IMG/VR virus record: IMGVR_UViG_3300029305_003036
Location: 2,332-66,331 of that record
Direction: 5' to 3' (one strand)
Length of the DNA: 64,000 nucleotides
DNA from: a virus
Positions 30,601 to 39,701 of the stretch are shown here, one piece after another. Below the pieces are notes generated by a model. That model saw nothing but the letters and a program-made list of their open reading frames with translations, searched no databases and was not told where the DNA came from. How positions within the stretch are numbered: position 1 is the first letter of the stretch; each line of letters opens with the position of its first letter. The position numbers were made by a program, and so were the translations under genes.

Positions 30601-33600
30601 CAAGCTTTACCAAATATGTTATTAGAGTTATTAGCTTTTTCTCTATATTCTGCTGCTTTAGCCGTCTTAGTTTCAGCTTTTTGTGTTAGTTTGTTATATT
30701 TAACTTCAGCTTTTTCTGATTTAAATAAGTTCATGAACTTAGTACCAACTGTTTCAGAAGTCTTATCTATAAATGCTTGTGGACTAAGTTTAGTATCATT
30801 TGCTAAGTTATATTGTAATCTAGCAAGTTCTATCTGTTCAGCAGCAGTTATAACTCCACCAAGATCTTCATTTTTAACTTTACTAAAGTCTTTCCAGTCA
30901 TTTCCATCTTTAAGCATTGCTATCTCATTAGGATCATTTATTCCCATGATTTGTAATGCTTGTTCTATTGATGTACAAGAATCTATTTGTTCAACTGTTA
31001 TTCTCATACCGAACTCTTGTTTACCACCAGTAAGATTATAAATCCATATAGCTAAGTTACGTAAGAAGTTATAATTAAACATCATATTAGTGATTTCATT
31101 GATCAATGAAATTATAGCCATGAAGTTAAAGTTAAATACTGCTTGAATAAGTGAACTTATGATTCTCATTCTACCGTCAACATTTTTAGGAGACACACCG
31201 AATAGGTTACCAGCATTTCCTGCTGTAGCACCAGTAATAACATCACCTACTGCAAATACAGCATCTAATACGAATGCAGTTGATGCACCAGCTCCTATTT
31301 TTGCAAATACTGCAGCTATTTTTTTACCGAATCTAACTATTAAATTATCTGAATTTCTTAATAATAATCCAAATATTTTATCAGACATTCCTATTAATTT
31401 TTTACCAACACCTGCAAGCTTAGGGAATTTTTTAGTAACATGAGTTCCTAAAGCTTCAAGAGCTTCTTTACCAGCTTTTACTAATTTACCTATTAATCCA
31501 CCTTCATCGGCAACTTTACCCATCGCTTTACTAAGTTTTTTAGTAGCTCCATTTTCAGCAGCTTCTTTTATTAATTTAGTATCGGTAACTTTACCAACAG
31601 TTTCTGCACCTTCTTTAGCAGCTTTGGCTGAAGCGAAATCTATCACATTATCTACAGATTTAACAGTAGTACTACCAGTGGCTTCTTTAGCAGCTTTAGC
31701 TGAAGCGAAATCTATCACATTACTTGTAGCTTCAGTAGCCGTTTTTTTACCAAATATAAATTCTTTACCCTGTTTTAATGCCTTTCCTACAGGTTGTAAT
31801 GTCTTTTTCCCTAGTTTACTATTATAAATTTTACTACCAACATTTACTAGAGGATCTATAAATTTACCTTTTATAGCTTTTAAAGGTTTAACAAATAATT
31901 GATTTCTGGCAGAGAACATAGTTCTATATTTAACAAGGTCGTAGTTATCTGTGACTAATGATCCATCTTTATCAGTATGACCTTCAATATATTCTTCTGA
32001 TTTTTGGTAATCATCACCCATTTTCATTAATCCGGAAATTCCTGCAGCTATACCTAATGTTCCTAATAAACTACCAAGATTACCGAATCCATCTAGAATA
32101 GATTTAATACCTTTACCCATTAAATCGAATATATTATGCCCAGCGTCTTTTGCAGCATGACCTACTCCTTGAACTGCTGATAGTATTTTTTCTTTCCAGT
32201 TTCTATCAGCTTTTTCTTTTTCTTCAGCTGCTATTTTTTCTTGAATGAAATCTACGCCTTTTCTAGAAACTTGTTCATATCTAGCACGGTCTTCTAATTC
32301 GTTTAATCTATCTTCTTGGTCGTCAGTAAGTCCTAATGCATCATCTTCAATTTCACGTCTTTCGGCTGTTTCGTTTTTACCTTTACCGAACATATGTTTC
32401 CAAGCAGATACTAAACCATTTTCTTCTACATCCTGTGCATGAGCATTTATTGCACCAACTACGTTATCTGTGAAATTGTTAATTTTGTTAGCACTATTTT
32501 CTGCAATTTCATCAGCTTTATTAGTTATCCTATCACTTAAATTATTTAATCTTTCAGATAATGTTTGTTTAGGGGCTGTGTCATCTTGGTTTGATTCATT
32601 GCCTCTTATTTTATTATATACCCATCCTGTTGCTTTACCAACACCAAGTAAACCTTTAGCACCGTACAATGTAGGATATCTCAACCAAGGTCTTTCGCCT
32701 ATATAATTCATTACCTTACTATCTTCCGGATTCCAATTTTCTATTTTTTCTTTTCTTCTTTCATGTCTTTGTCTAGCTCTTTCAACTATACTTTGTCGTC
32801 TTTGTCTATCTTCAAGCTCTTTCATTCTGTCTGCTTCATCATCGGATAATCCTAAGGCGTTATCTCCTCTGTCTCTTCTATCATCTTCAGATACCTCAGC
32901 TAATACATTAGTTAATCCTTTAAACCCTTTACCTGCTTTATTCATCATTTTTCTAAGTTTACCAGCAGGTTTTTTAGGAACAACCATTTCACCTTCGTGT
33001 AATTCAGCTAAATAACCATCAGCTGGAACCATATCTAAGCCATCTTTATGCGATTGGTCATTATCTTGAAGTTTTTTAGTTATATCTATAACTTTACCTT
33101 TAAAGAACCCATCACGTGGATCTTTAAGAGGTGCTTCTTTTTTAGATTCCATTTCTTTTTTAGTTTCATTATCTAGATATGTATCTATTTTCTTTATGTC
33201 ATCATCTGTCACTTTACCATAATTACCACCTTGATGGAAAGGTGCAATATTATGTTTTTCAGGATCATATTTTTTTGGTCCTGGTAATAAAGGTGTATCA
33301 GTTGTATGTCTATAGATATTATCTAAATCTTCTTTAGTAACATTTCCGTAGTCTCCACCTTGATGGAAAGGAATAACATTATCTCCCTTAGATTCGTTAT
33401 CTGATTTACCCATTAATTTGTTAAAACCATCTCTTAACGTATCTTGTAAATCACTTAATTTATCTACTACTCTGTCAGTTTGTTTAGGGAACTCTATTAC
33501 ATTATCTACGATTTTAGATACTTTTTCATCAGTTTCTTGAGATTGTAATAATTGTTGTTCTTGATACCATCTTTCTTTTGCTTTTAACTCTTCTTCTCTT

Positions 33601-36600
33601 TTTTCTTTTTGTTTTTTACTAGCAAATCTATATTTGTTTTCTTTAGCAAATTGCTTATCTTCCTCATACTGACGCTTCATTTCTTCACGGCGTTCTTTAC
33701 GTTTATCCATTGCATCTTTGAAATCGCCTTTTTGTTCAGCTTTTCTTTGTTTCCAAGTCTTACCATCTCTATATTTAAGTTTTTCTTTTATAAGTGCGTC
33801 CTCTTCTTCTTTAGTCATACGTCTTGCCAATTTACTACCGTAATAACGACTCCATTTGTTATCGTCTTTATGTTCCTTGTAGTATTGCTTTTCTCTACGA
33901 CGTTTTTCTCTTCTGATTTCAGATTTTGCATTATATTTATCAGCCTTTTTACCTAACATACCAATACCAGCTAAAGGTAAAGAAGCTATACCTAAAAGAG
34001 TTTTTCCTATTAATTTAAAAGTACCACCTAATAATTTCTTTAATGGATTTATTAATGTAGCTTTTAAAATCTTTCCTAAAGGTTTAACTACGTAATCTTT
34101 AAAAGCTTCGACTATAGGAGATGTTACTGATGTAAATGCATCCACTATTCTATCTTTAACATCTAATATCATATTTTTAGCTGCATGGACTACAGGTTCA
34201 AAAGATAATGCTAATGGATCGAATATTTTCTTTCTTAAGAATCCGTACACCCCATCAGCCATCTCAGTAGCTTTTATTTTTAACGGTTGCATGAATTTGA
34301 TATTTAACCAGTTAGTAACTTGATGTAATATTCCTCCATAACGCTTACCATCAACATCTTTTTCACCAAGTAAAAATTGTTGGAATTTTTCAGATGAAGC
34401 AGCTATACCACCTGCTAGACCAAGCATTGCTCCCATTATAGGACCACCAGGTAATAAGAATGAAGGTAATAAACCTACACCTTGTGCTAAACCTACACCT
34501 AATCCACCTGCACCTAAGAATGTAGCCAATTTAGGATCAACATCAGATTCTTTACCTAACATATTCTTAATTGCTTTACCAAATACACCATTCATGATGG
34601 ATTTTTTATCATCAGTCTTATAATCTTTACCGTATAAAAATTCTTGGAATACTTCACTCTTAGACACTAAACTAGCACCTATACCCATGATTGCACCCGC
34701 AACAGGACCGCCAGGTAAGAATAATGAACCTAATAAACCAATACCTGCACCTTTTCCAATAGCACCTTTATATTCTTGATATTTTTCTTGCCAAGCTTTA
34801 GATATTAATCCACCAACTCGGTTTCCATTTTCATCTTGTTCTCCAAACATAAATTTATTAAAAGTTTCAGATTGTTTTAAAAAACCGAATGCAGTACCAG
34901 TTAACATAGCACCCATAGGTCCACCAGGCATTAAGAAATTGCCTAATAATCCTAATTGAGATGCAAATGTACCTTTAATTAAAGCACCACCTATACCGAA
35001 TCCTATAGCTTTAGGTAGTCTTTCTTTAACTTTAGCCATAAGCCCTTCAAATGTTTCTTTAGAATCAGAAACAGCTTTTTCTCCAAATAAAGATATTTTG
35101 AATTTATGGAATCCTTCCATAAAATCATGAGTTACTTTACCAAAAAATCCACCATGTTCAACATCTTTAGTTGACAATTTATCTTTAACACCTGTAAATA
35201 AACTTTTAAATTTACCAAGTATACTATTTTCATTACCTTTAACAAGTATACCATCTGATGTGATATAATCTTGACCAGTAAAGTAAGACTTAAATGCTTT
35301 TACTGTGTCTTCAAAAAGTCCTTTAACTGTAGTTGTTGCAGCTTTACTCTTTTTATATAATTTACCAGCTTTATCTATCAATGTTTGACGGTAATCGACA
35401 TCAGTACCGAATAACAATTCAAATTCAAGTTCTTCAACTTTGTTATTGAATTTTTCGATCGCATTAGTAACTTTACTATCGCTTTCTTCCTCTTTGATCT
35501 TATTAAGTTTTTTCCATTTTTCATTAGACATATTAGCAGCATCATAAGCTGAGATTCCATCAGTTGTTGAAGGTTGTTTTCGATTCTCTTTTTGACGTGC
35601 TTGTTCTTTTTCTTCAGCTTCACGTTTTTCTAATTCTTCTTGTTCACTTTTTTCTTTTCTTAATAATCGCTCATTAGGTACAGAAGCACCTTTATATCTT
35701 TTACGATTATCAGGGAAAACTTTGATACCGTTAATAAGTGCGGATCTTATATCACGTAGATAATCTAAATCAGACAAACCGAATCTGTCTTTCTTAGCAT
35801 CACCTATAAAAGATTTATTATAACGCATTTTTCCATTTTCATCTAGATCATTATGCAGATAAGCATAACCTGATAAAACTGGATTCATTGCATCTTCCTC
35901 TTGAGTTTTATATAATCTTTCTCTACTGTCAGTAATAGCTGTTGTTGCCATTTCTCTTAAAGTTGATTTAGGTAATTGCATAAGAACTCTTCTTACTAAT
36001 TCAAGTCTGCTAGGATCGTAATCATAACTACCAGACATTTCCATAGTAAACTCATCCATTCCATTATCATCATTTTTACTAAATGGATTTATAGCAAAAC
36101 CTTTTTCAGTTATAACTTCGAAATATTTATTTAAATCTTTTTCAAGTTGTTCTCTTGCAGCAGAATTTAATCCTAAATTATTTGTAATTTCACGAGCTTC
36201 AGATCTAACTGAATAGAAACCAGATGTCTTAGCATCTTTTATTCTTTGATTATAATGTTTTTCTATAGATTGAATATCTGTGAATTTACCAGTATCATAG
36301 TTGAAGATTCTTTCTTCAGTACCAGTTAATACACTTTCTATTCTTCTTAAATAAGAAGGTATAACTTCAACTAAAGCTTTTTTACTTTCTCCATCCCATG
36401 AAATTGCGCCTTTTTCGTATGCGCCTAAATCGATAGTTTTGGCTTCTTTGTATTTATATCCAAAAACTTTATTTAAAGTTGCTAAGAATAGATCATCACT
36501 ATTTTCAAAACTATTAACTCTTGCTAACATTGCAGGTATTATACCATTTATATTCTTATCAAGTTTTTGTAACGAATTTTTCCATTCTTTAGGTACCATT

Positions 36601-37568
36601 TTTTGCATACCCATAGACATTAGCATACCAATAGGGTTCTTACCAAATCCTTTTATCACATCAGGTGAACCTAAGAAATCTATTACTGTAGATAAGTCAG
36701 CATTATCGTTTTTTATTTTTGTTAGGTTTTCTTTAATAATTTCTTTATAGTCATCAAGTTTTAATCCACCAGAAGCCATAAAAGGATTTAATAGTTTTTT
36801 TATATTCTCTTTTTTCTCTTCCTCTTCTGGTTTTTTTATATGGTTTATAGATTCTTCAAAAAATTTAAGAGCAGCTTCTTGATATTTAGCTGTAGAATCC
36901 GAATTAAATTGAACTAATAAAGCTAAGTTATCATTAATACTACTCAATGCACTCATAGTCATATCTAATGTCTGTCTATTAAGCATCAACTTCTCGCCTT
37001 CTATAGCTATATTTTGTTCAGCTATAGCAGACATAGCAGTGATATTAGCTTCGGCAGCATTAGCCATCGTTTTTGCGAGAGGCATTGTATTTATAACTGT
37101 AACAGGTGGTCTACTACTATTATCCGGTGCCTGTTCTGAATCAGACCCTTCATCATCAACAAATGAAAAACTATCACTGTCATCAAAACCAAAATCGTCA
37201 AAATCGAAGTCACCATCATCGTTTAGACCTAATTCTCTATTTTTATTATATAGATTACCTGATTTTAAATCAGCTAAAGCATTATCTAATAACGTCTTAC
37301 CTGCTTTGACTTGTGGTAGATTTGAAAGTTGTCTACCAAACATTTTTCTTACACCGTTGTTATTACGTATTTCTTTAACTAAATCAGCTGTGTTAACAAC
37401 GACATCTTTATTCCAACTAATACTGTCAGATGTTTCAGGTAATAAACTTTTAATAGTTTCCATAGAAGCAAAACCTAAACTTTTACCAACGTTTATAAAC
37501 CATTGATTATTAGGCATAGATTTCTTAATTCTATCTTTAACATCTTTTTTATTCTGGTCTTTTGCCAT
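24621..37568 (-). CDS. Tape-measure-like tail protein with C39-like, NlpC/P60, phage lysozyme-2, second C39-like and GH73 glucosaminidase domains
   Basis: 4315 aa; HKDGLDMVPADGYLAELHEGEMVVP; YSQNDARW..GCGPTS; DCSSFV..GHVGLY; AGIMGNLQQES; YKQGDPKW..GCGMAS; LAQAACESAWG..NLFGIK. Confidence 0.85.
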   Translation of the reverse strand: MAKDQNKKDVKDRIKKSMPNNQWFINVGKSLGFASMETIKSLLPETSDSISWNKDVVVNTADLVKEIRNNNGVRKMFGRQLSNLPQVKAGKTLLDNALADLKSGNLYNKNRELGLNDDGDFDFDDFGFDDSDSFSFVDDEGSDSEQAPDNSSRPPVTVINTMPLAKTMANAAEANITAMSAIAEQNIAIEGEKLMLNRQTLDMTMSALSSINDNLALLVQFNSDSTAKYQEAALKFFEESINHIKKPEEEEKKENIKKLLNPFMASGGLKLDDYKEIIKENLTKIKNDNADLSTVIDFLGSPDVIKGFGKNPIGMLMSMGMQKMVPKEWKNSLQKLDKNINGIIPAMLARVNSFENSDDLFLATLNKVFGYKYKEAKTIDLGAYEKGAISWDGESKKALVEVIPSYLRRIESVLTGTEERIFNYDTGKFTDIQSIEKHYNQRIKDAKTSGFYSVRSEAREITNNLGLNSAAREQLEKDLNKYFEVITEKGFAINPFSKNDDNGMDEFTMEMSGSYDYDPSRLELVRRVLMQLPKSTLREMATTAITDSRERLYKTQEEDAMNPVLSGYAYLHNDLDENGKMRYNKSFIGDAKKDRFGLSDLDYLRDIRSALINGIKVFPDNRKRYKGASVPNERLLRKEKSEQEELEKREAEEKEQARQKENRKQPSTTDGISAYDAANMSNEKWKKLNKIKEEESDSKVTNAIEKFNNKVEELEFELLFGTDVDYRQTLIDKAGKLYKKSKAATTTVKGLFEDTVKAFKSYFTGQDYITSDGILVKGNENSILGKFKSLFTGVKDKLSTKDVEHGGFFGKVTHDFMEGFHKFKISLFGEKAVSDSKETFEGLMAKVKERLPKAIGFGIGGALIKGTFASQLGLLGNFLMPGGPMGAMLTGTAFGFLKQSETFNKFMFGEQDENGNRVGGLISKAWQEKYQEYKGAIGKGAGIGLLGSLFLPGGPVAGAIMGIGASLVSKSEVFQEFLYGKDYKTDDKKSIMNGVFGKAIKNMLGKESDVDPKLATFLGAGGLGVGLAQGVGLLPSFLLPGGPIMGAMLGLAGGIAASSEKFQQFLLGEKDVDGKRYGGILHQVTNWLNIKFMQPLKIKATEMADGVYGFLRKKIFDPLALSFEPVVHAAKNMILDVKDRIVDAFTSVTSPIVEAFKDYVVKPLGKILKATLINPLKKLLGGTFKLIGKTLLGIASLPLAGIGMLGKKADKYNAKSEIRREKRRREKQYYKEHKDDNKWSRYYGSKLARRMTKEEEDALIKEKLKYRDGKTWKQRKAEQKGDFKDAMDKRKERREEMKRQYEEDKQFAKENKYRFASKKQKEKREEELKAKERWYQEQQLLQSQETDEKVSKIVDNVIEFPKQTDRVVDKLSDLQDTLRDGFNKLMGKSDNESKGDNVIPFHQGGDYGNVTKEDLDNIYRHTTDTPLLPGPKKYDPEKHNIAPFHQGGNYGKVTDDDIKKIDTYLDNETKKEMESKKEAPLKDPRDGFFKGKVIDITKKLQDNDQSHKDGLDMVPADGYLAELHEGEMVVPKKPAGKLRKMMNKAGKGFKGLTNVLAEVSEDDRRDRGDNALGLSDDEADRMKELEDRQRRQSIVERARQRHERRKEKIENWNPEDSKVMNYIGERPWLRYPTLYGAKGLLGVGKATGWVYNKIRGNESNQDDTAPKQTLSERLNNLSDRITNKADEIAENSANKINNFTDNVVGAINAHAQDVEENGLVSAWKHMFGKGKNETAERREIEDDALGLTDDQEDRLNELEDRARYEQVSRKGVDFIQEKIAAEEKEKADRNWKEKILSAVQGVGHAAKDAGHNIFDLMGKGIKSILDGFGNLGSLLGTLGIAAGISGLMKMGDDYQKSEEYIEGHTDKDGSLVTDNYDLVKYRTMFSARNQLFVKPLKAIKGKFIDPLVNVGSKIYNSKLGKKTLQPVGKALKQGKEFIFGKKTATEATSNVIDFASAKAAKEATGSTTVKSVDNVIDFASAKAAKEGAETVGKVTDTKLIKEAAENGATKKLSKAMGKVADEGGLIGKLVKAGKEALEALGTHVTKKFPKLAGVGKKLIGMSDKIFGLLLRNSDNLIVRFGKKIAAVFAKIGAGASTAFVLDAVFAVGDVITGATAGNAGNLFGVSPKNVDGRMRIISSLIQAVFNFNFMAIISLINEITNMMFNYNFLRNLAIWIYNLTGGKQEFGMRITVEQIDSCTSIEQALQIMGINDPNEIAMLKDGNDWKDFSKVKNEDLGGVITAAEQIELARLQYNLANDTKLSPQAFIDKTSETVGTKFMNLFKSEKAEVKYNKLTQKAETKTAKAAEYREKANNSNNIFGKAWNNSMAWLNEKSAARATKKAAKVKAEAPKKKAKAEAKAAYHEEKAANSKGIAKWYHNWRANANKKKVAKYTFSEDGTVQAIDETGQVIEPSLITEMEPVESLLPSMSSDSSSGTMNGIMTPEQALKTFGKIPEGSFAVDEMGNQYNHEGICFYSPGSSILGDAGSGEGEGTTTYDRADQVKDNRTTTKTKAKKDGKGIWSKLGKAALVTMPGGAGLLGAKKLTEKLFGKNGKAEDYIMVPVMDADGNIVTYQPQLVDDVTEVEGYATSNVEVKAVKNSQVIPQVDEKGNIVSYTTVDKKKLNTSTGLFGGIKTAISSLFGGGSNSSSVDNSSSVDNSVTGDTYNTTNEIDTTPFQPLTDAINSLVESQGDNNIDEEGNIKTGGWLALFTDPLGFFSKKLANYGINTYENLTGEEVDPEKVNKAVTFLNILRNPMGYLYNKTKDYMGTEDEEGKTRWDKTKEFFGNNLKTSGKILKKGYDVVTSPVKKVGAELKEFGNNPWAYTLNSAADLNKKAWSNTKKKMDFVKDKGGKVKDWAVDKFGKPVKKAKGAIGKFAKKKFGWMTEGIEEEDSAGYKTGRVMGNIYKAIDKKRDDIVGGIKKGFDKALKEVKKDLKWLKDEFPKKIKEGFKWAKEQVTKGVKWVMTEVPKKIGELKDNVVNGFKNSIATVKNSINEKIEDMKRIFSKENIKETFNQKIEDVKKAWGNFTGSFTDIFDDIKKYFKLPEIEWSKFSVSWGDVKTFLGDMVKGIKDALVAGGSGPEASDKIKPVKHNISSAELLKPMNSATPSSVTTNKTNNKFVFYSQNDARWAGNRIGASTMKDGGCGPTSLAMAISQLTGEQITPDTIAELGREHIPGQSLYSLFPSVAGKLNMNYNEGNDSAFIRSNLNKGIPVVLSGRTDATGTPYTSAGHIVTASHMSGNNVYIQDPRGEAYSRYYPIASVLNGLNKGMILTPSYSTDVSKLSNGSISELNLDNKINKEGLGIYGDPAEFRSLNDNAGGTGQVTVADRVLAYARAFLANTSKFKYSQPKRDYINKNKNYADCSSFVGHVLSVAGDTKVSGTSQTMWDSTGTKVSTPQIGDIVCQKGHVGLYSGDGNYIHMSGRKSGIKESKAESKYNNAHRGYKRAIANPSAMVDATITGGNSLLGTVTATSSGQPLTGGGTPSDTTGGSTPATPAVDTLGVFGKLQNIGTGLLASIYNGKDVFNEIMNPNAGTTTPTDGTTPSDGTTPDIGGISDTATAVWKFFTGKGYNKYATAGIMGNLQQESGLDPSRYQSGGGKGRGIAQWTVGSDRFKGLESHAKSKGKDWKDLQSQLEWIDLELGGKDSTTASILKKNYGGLSGLKNASSTKWAVEAFEKAFERAGTPMWEKRYSYADNYYNKFSSAGAGDFTEDAGGGFTMATNAEAYSGSGIPTTMNGWAYYKQGDPKWQEDISGKKIGPAGCGMASHAMMLTTMFGKQVTPVTVGKWARSNGYWNEGMAWTMPGDLAKKIGLSIVKSETNVNGLGTSALSNIKSTIKSGYPVVLSGKGNSSDSSSPFTGGGHIVLAVGVDGNGNVIINDPRGPEKTKAYTDKGIMDVGIGLRGYWAFDKPAGASLPSDWASGDYTATPGSGTPGDTSGGTTPTATPAVDPLGVFGKLQNIGTGLLASIYNGKDVFNEIMNPSSGTETTAPGTPNNGSTGSVQIDETLMYSGTDGFFKALSGAAMNTYNQYKNVFPSTILAQAACESAWGKSPVAQSDKNLFGIKWTGKHNPLITVEKGKNCPGGEQGGARPYNRYKSFGDSVLDHGWFLNTMSPYKATLAAKTPTDQIEKLGVSGYAEAGTYGKTLMSIYNKYDLNKYNPGNSSAGNGEGDGNTYLVSPKGDAGKGDGKAVYSGAVKTGVNTADVNAQRNLEDINRKVNVAFNNINTSDPAAYAEVLKLIVQELQAINNNTAATASNISNIEIVSANEPIKEHTTTADMYKNNKHYKTTSKLQTINDSTGYKTARQIAGYKK
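25618..25770. repeat. Direct repeat copy A in tail protein linker
   Basis: Near-identical to 26971-27120; encodes LGVFGKLQNIGTGLLASIYNGKDVFNEIMNP. Confidence 0.9.
26971..27120. repeat. Direct repeat copy B in tail protein linker
   Basis: 1353 bp from copy A, in frame. Confidence 0.9.
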
Positions 37569-37604
37569 ATTTCAATCTCCTTTCCTCTAGAGTTTAATTG
37601 TCCT

Positions 37605-37616
37605 TAGAGTATTGTT
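37605..37616 (-). promoter_or_regulatory. Late promoter of the tail operon
   Basis: AACA-ATACTC-TA. Confidence 0.65.
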
Positions 37617-37647
37617 TTCTATACGAATTCTAACAAATATTTATAAG

Positions 37648-37680
37648 TGTAAAAAGGTTAATTTTCAATGCTATATTATA
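37648..37680 (+). promoter_or_regulatory. Early promoter preceded by a late motif at 37632-37643
   Basis: TGTAAAAAGGTTAATTTTCAATGCTATATTATA. Confidence 0.7.
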
Positions 37681-37722
37681 TAAGTGAAATAAAATATAAA
37701 TATAATAATTATTGGAGGTAAT

Positions 37723-38259
37723 GTGTATATGAAAACTTATAATGAATTAGTAAATGAAATAAGAGAAGAGCTAAACAATGGTGGTAAAAGAAGCTTTAGC
37801 CGTGAAATGTTTAATGAACTTACAGCTGCATTCTTAAATGATGTTGAAAATACAACTACAATAGCTAAAACTAAAAATGGAGAACTTATAGAAGAAGAAA
37901 TAAATGTTCCATTAGATTTCAGAAAAATGGTAATGAAAATTCTTCTTGATTTCGGCGTAGATAAACAAGAAGCTGAAAGAATATTAACAAACGATTATCA
38001 ATTCAAAGATGTATCAGCAATATATGAAGTAGCTAGTGAAACAATTCTAAACTATGCAGGTACAGGTAAGAAATTTAATTTCATAGCAAAACCAGATTTA
38101 CAATGTAGCTTAATAATAGACGATTATGAAGAAGAAGTTAAAATGACAAAAAGACCAGGAGCAGATGATTCAGAAGCTAGAGAAGTGTTATATAAAAAAC
38201 ATAGAAAAGCTAAAGTTGAATCAACTTGCCCTAGCTGGTTAAAAGATGTTTTAAAATAG
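37723..38259 (+). CDS. Early hypothetical protein
   Basis: RBS, early promoter, hairpin terminator after the stop. Confidence 0.7.
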   Translation: MYMKTYNELVNEIREELNNGGKRSFSREMFNELTAAFLNDVENTTTIAKTKNGELIEEEINVPLDFRKMVMKILLDFGVDKQEAERILTNDYQFKDVSAIYEVASETILNYAGTGKKFNFIAKPDLQCSLIIDDYEEEVKMTKRPGADDSEAREVLYKKHRKAKVESTCPSWLKDVLK

Positions 38260-38345
38260 AATTAAAGAGGAGGTTTTCTCCTCTTTAATTTTTATGTTCC
38301 TTATAACAAAATAATATATAAATTAGACAATTGGAGGTAATTTGA

Positions 38346-38669
38346 ATGAATAATATTCAATTTATATTTGACGTAGAAGAAACAAAACAAACAGATTGGG
38401 AATGTTATGTAGCATACGATTTCACACAAAATGAAGTCGTACGTGATATAAACTTAAATAAAACAATAGTAGGATTAGATAGAAAAAATAAGTTAATATA
38501 TTTCATGGGAATGGAAACAGATGAACATTATATATTAGCTAAACAATATTATTATAAATTAATACAACAATTCTTAAATAATGCTGAAAATTATTTCTGT
38601 GAAGGATATGATATATTTCATGGAACTACAGGTGGAATGTTGTATTATAAATATAATAAAGAGGTATAG
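38346..38669 (+). CDS. Hypothetical protein
   Basis: RBS; late motif 38305-38316. Confidence 0.65.
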   Translation: MNNIQFIFDVEETKQTDWECYVAYDFTQNEVVRDINLNKTIVGLDRKNKLIYFMGMETDEHYILAKQYYYKLIQQFLNNAENYFCEGYDIFHGTTGGMLYYKYNKEV

Positions 38670-38702
38670 GAAAATTCCTATACCTTTAATTTTTATTGGA
38701 TA

Positions 38703-39299
38703 ATGGATGGTGATATTATGAGGACTATTAAAAGATTTTGGATGTTTATAGCTGGAGTTTTATGCAGCTGTTGGATTATCTCAGAATTTCAGCTACCTGA
38801 AATTATTCTAATGAAAAATGAAATCGTTCATAACGAAGGAATAGTATACGAAAAAGTTTGGGATGCATACGATAAATTACCTGATAATGTAAAAGAAATG
38901 TTAGATGATGAAAGTTATAGTATATATGTAGTAGATCCTTTAGAAAGTACCGTAGAAGGATATATTACCTTAGGAAGAACATTTTTCAGATTTGGGGTTA
39001 TACAAATATCTAATAAAGATATATGGGTTGAAAGAACAACTTTACATGAAGTAGGTCATGTTATAGATGACGAATCAGCATTTACGTTTATAAGTCGTTC
39101 TAATGAATTTGAAGAAATATACCAAGAGGAAAAAGAAAATTTTAAATATGTAGTAGTAGACAACCATGAATATTTCATATCATCTGAAATAGAATATTTC
39201 GCACAAGCATTTTCAGAATATATGATAAACCCTGAAGGACTAAAAATGTTTACACCTAGAACATATGAATTTATAGATAGATGTGTAAAAAATATATAG
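38703..39299 (+). CDS. Membrane-anchored or secreted zinc metallopeptidase, ATLF/PPEP-like
   Basis: N-terminal hydrophobic segment; TLHEVGHVID; FEEIYQEEK; EYFAQAFSEY. Confidence 0.7.
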   Translation: MDGDIMRTIKRFWMFIAGVLCSCWIISEFQLPEIILMKNEIVHNEGIVYEKVWDAYDKLPDNVKEMLDDESYSIYVVDPLESTVEGYITLGRTFFRFGVIQISNKDIWVERTTLHEVGHVIDDESAFTFISRSNEFEEIYQEEKENFKYVVVDNHEYFISSEIEYFAQAFSEYMINPEGLKMFTPRTYEFIDRCVKNI

Positions 39300-39311
39300 G
39301 AGGTTGGTTAT

Positions 39312-39701
39312 ATGAAAAATTATAAATTAGTATTCAGTTTTATAAAAGTTGGGCATAGTGAAGTTGATATGATAAAATCTATGAGTAATATGATAGCATT
39401 TAATGGATCATTATACATGTTGGATTACCATGGATTTGCAAATGGAGCGAAATGGACAGTTGAAGATGGAATATATAAATTAACAGTAATAGTAAATAAA
39501 GATTATGGAGATGGAGAACTATTTATAACACCTGAAGATGTAATAAACGATGTTAAAGATGAAATTCAAAGACGTAATTATAGAATATATAAATGGAATG
39601 TAAAAATATTCCGTTCAGAAGAAAGTATAGAAATTCCTGAAGATTATGTCGATCAATATTTTGCTAATAGTTATTTTGATATAGAAGGGATTAATATATA
39701 A
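39312..39701 (+). CDS. Hypothetical protein
   Basis: AGGAGG RBS. Confidence 0.65.
   Translation: MKNYKLVFSFIKVGHSEVDMIKSMSNMIAFNGSLYMLDYHGFANGAKWTVEDGIYKLTVIVNKDYGDGELFITPEDVINDVKDEIQRRNYRIYKWNVKIFRSEESIEIPEDYVDQYFANSYFDIEGINI

Noticed and set aside
31610-33375. Short peptide repeats in the tail protein (NVIDFASAKAAKE, FHQGGxYG, ALGLxDD)
   Set aside because: Real, but ordinary internal duplications for tape-measure proteins
25282-37506. Many plus-strand ORFs opposite the tail protein gene, and similar antisense ORFs elsewhere
   Set aside because: Shadow frames of real genes: F/L/S/P-rich composition, no RBS, no promoter motifs
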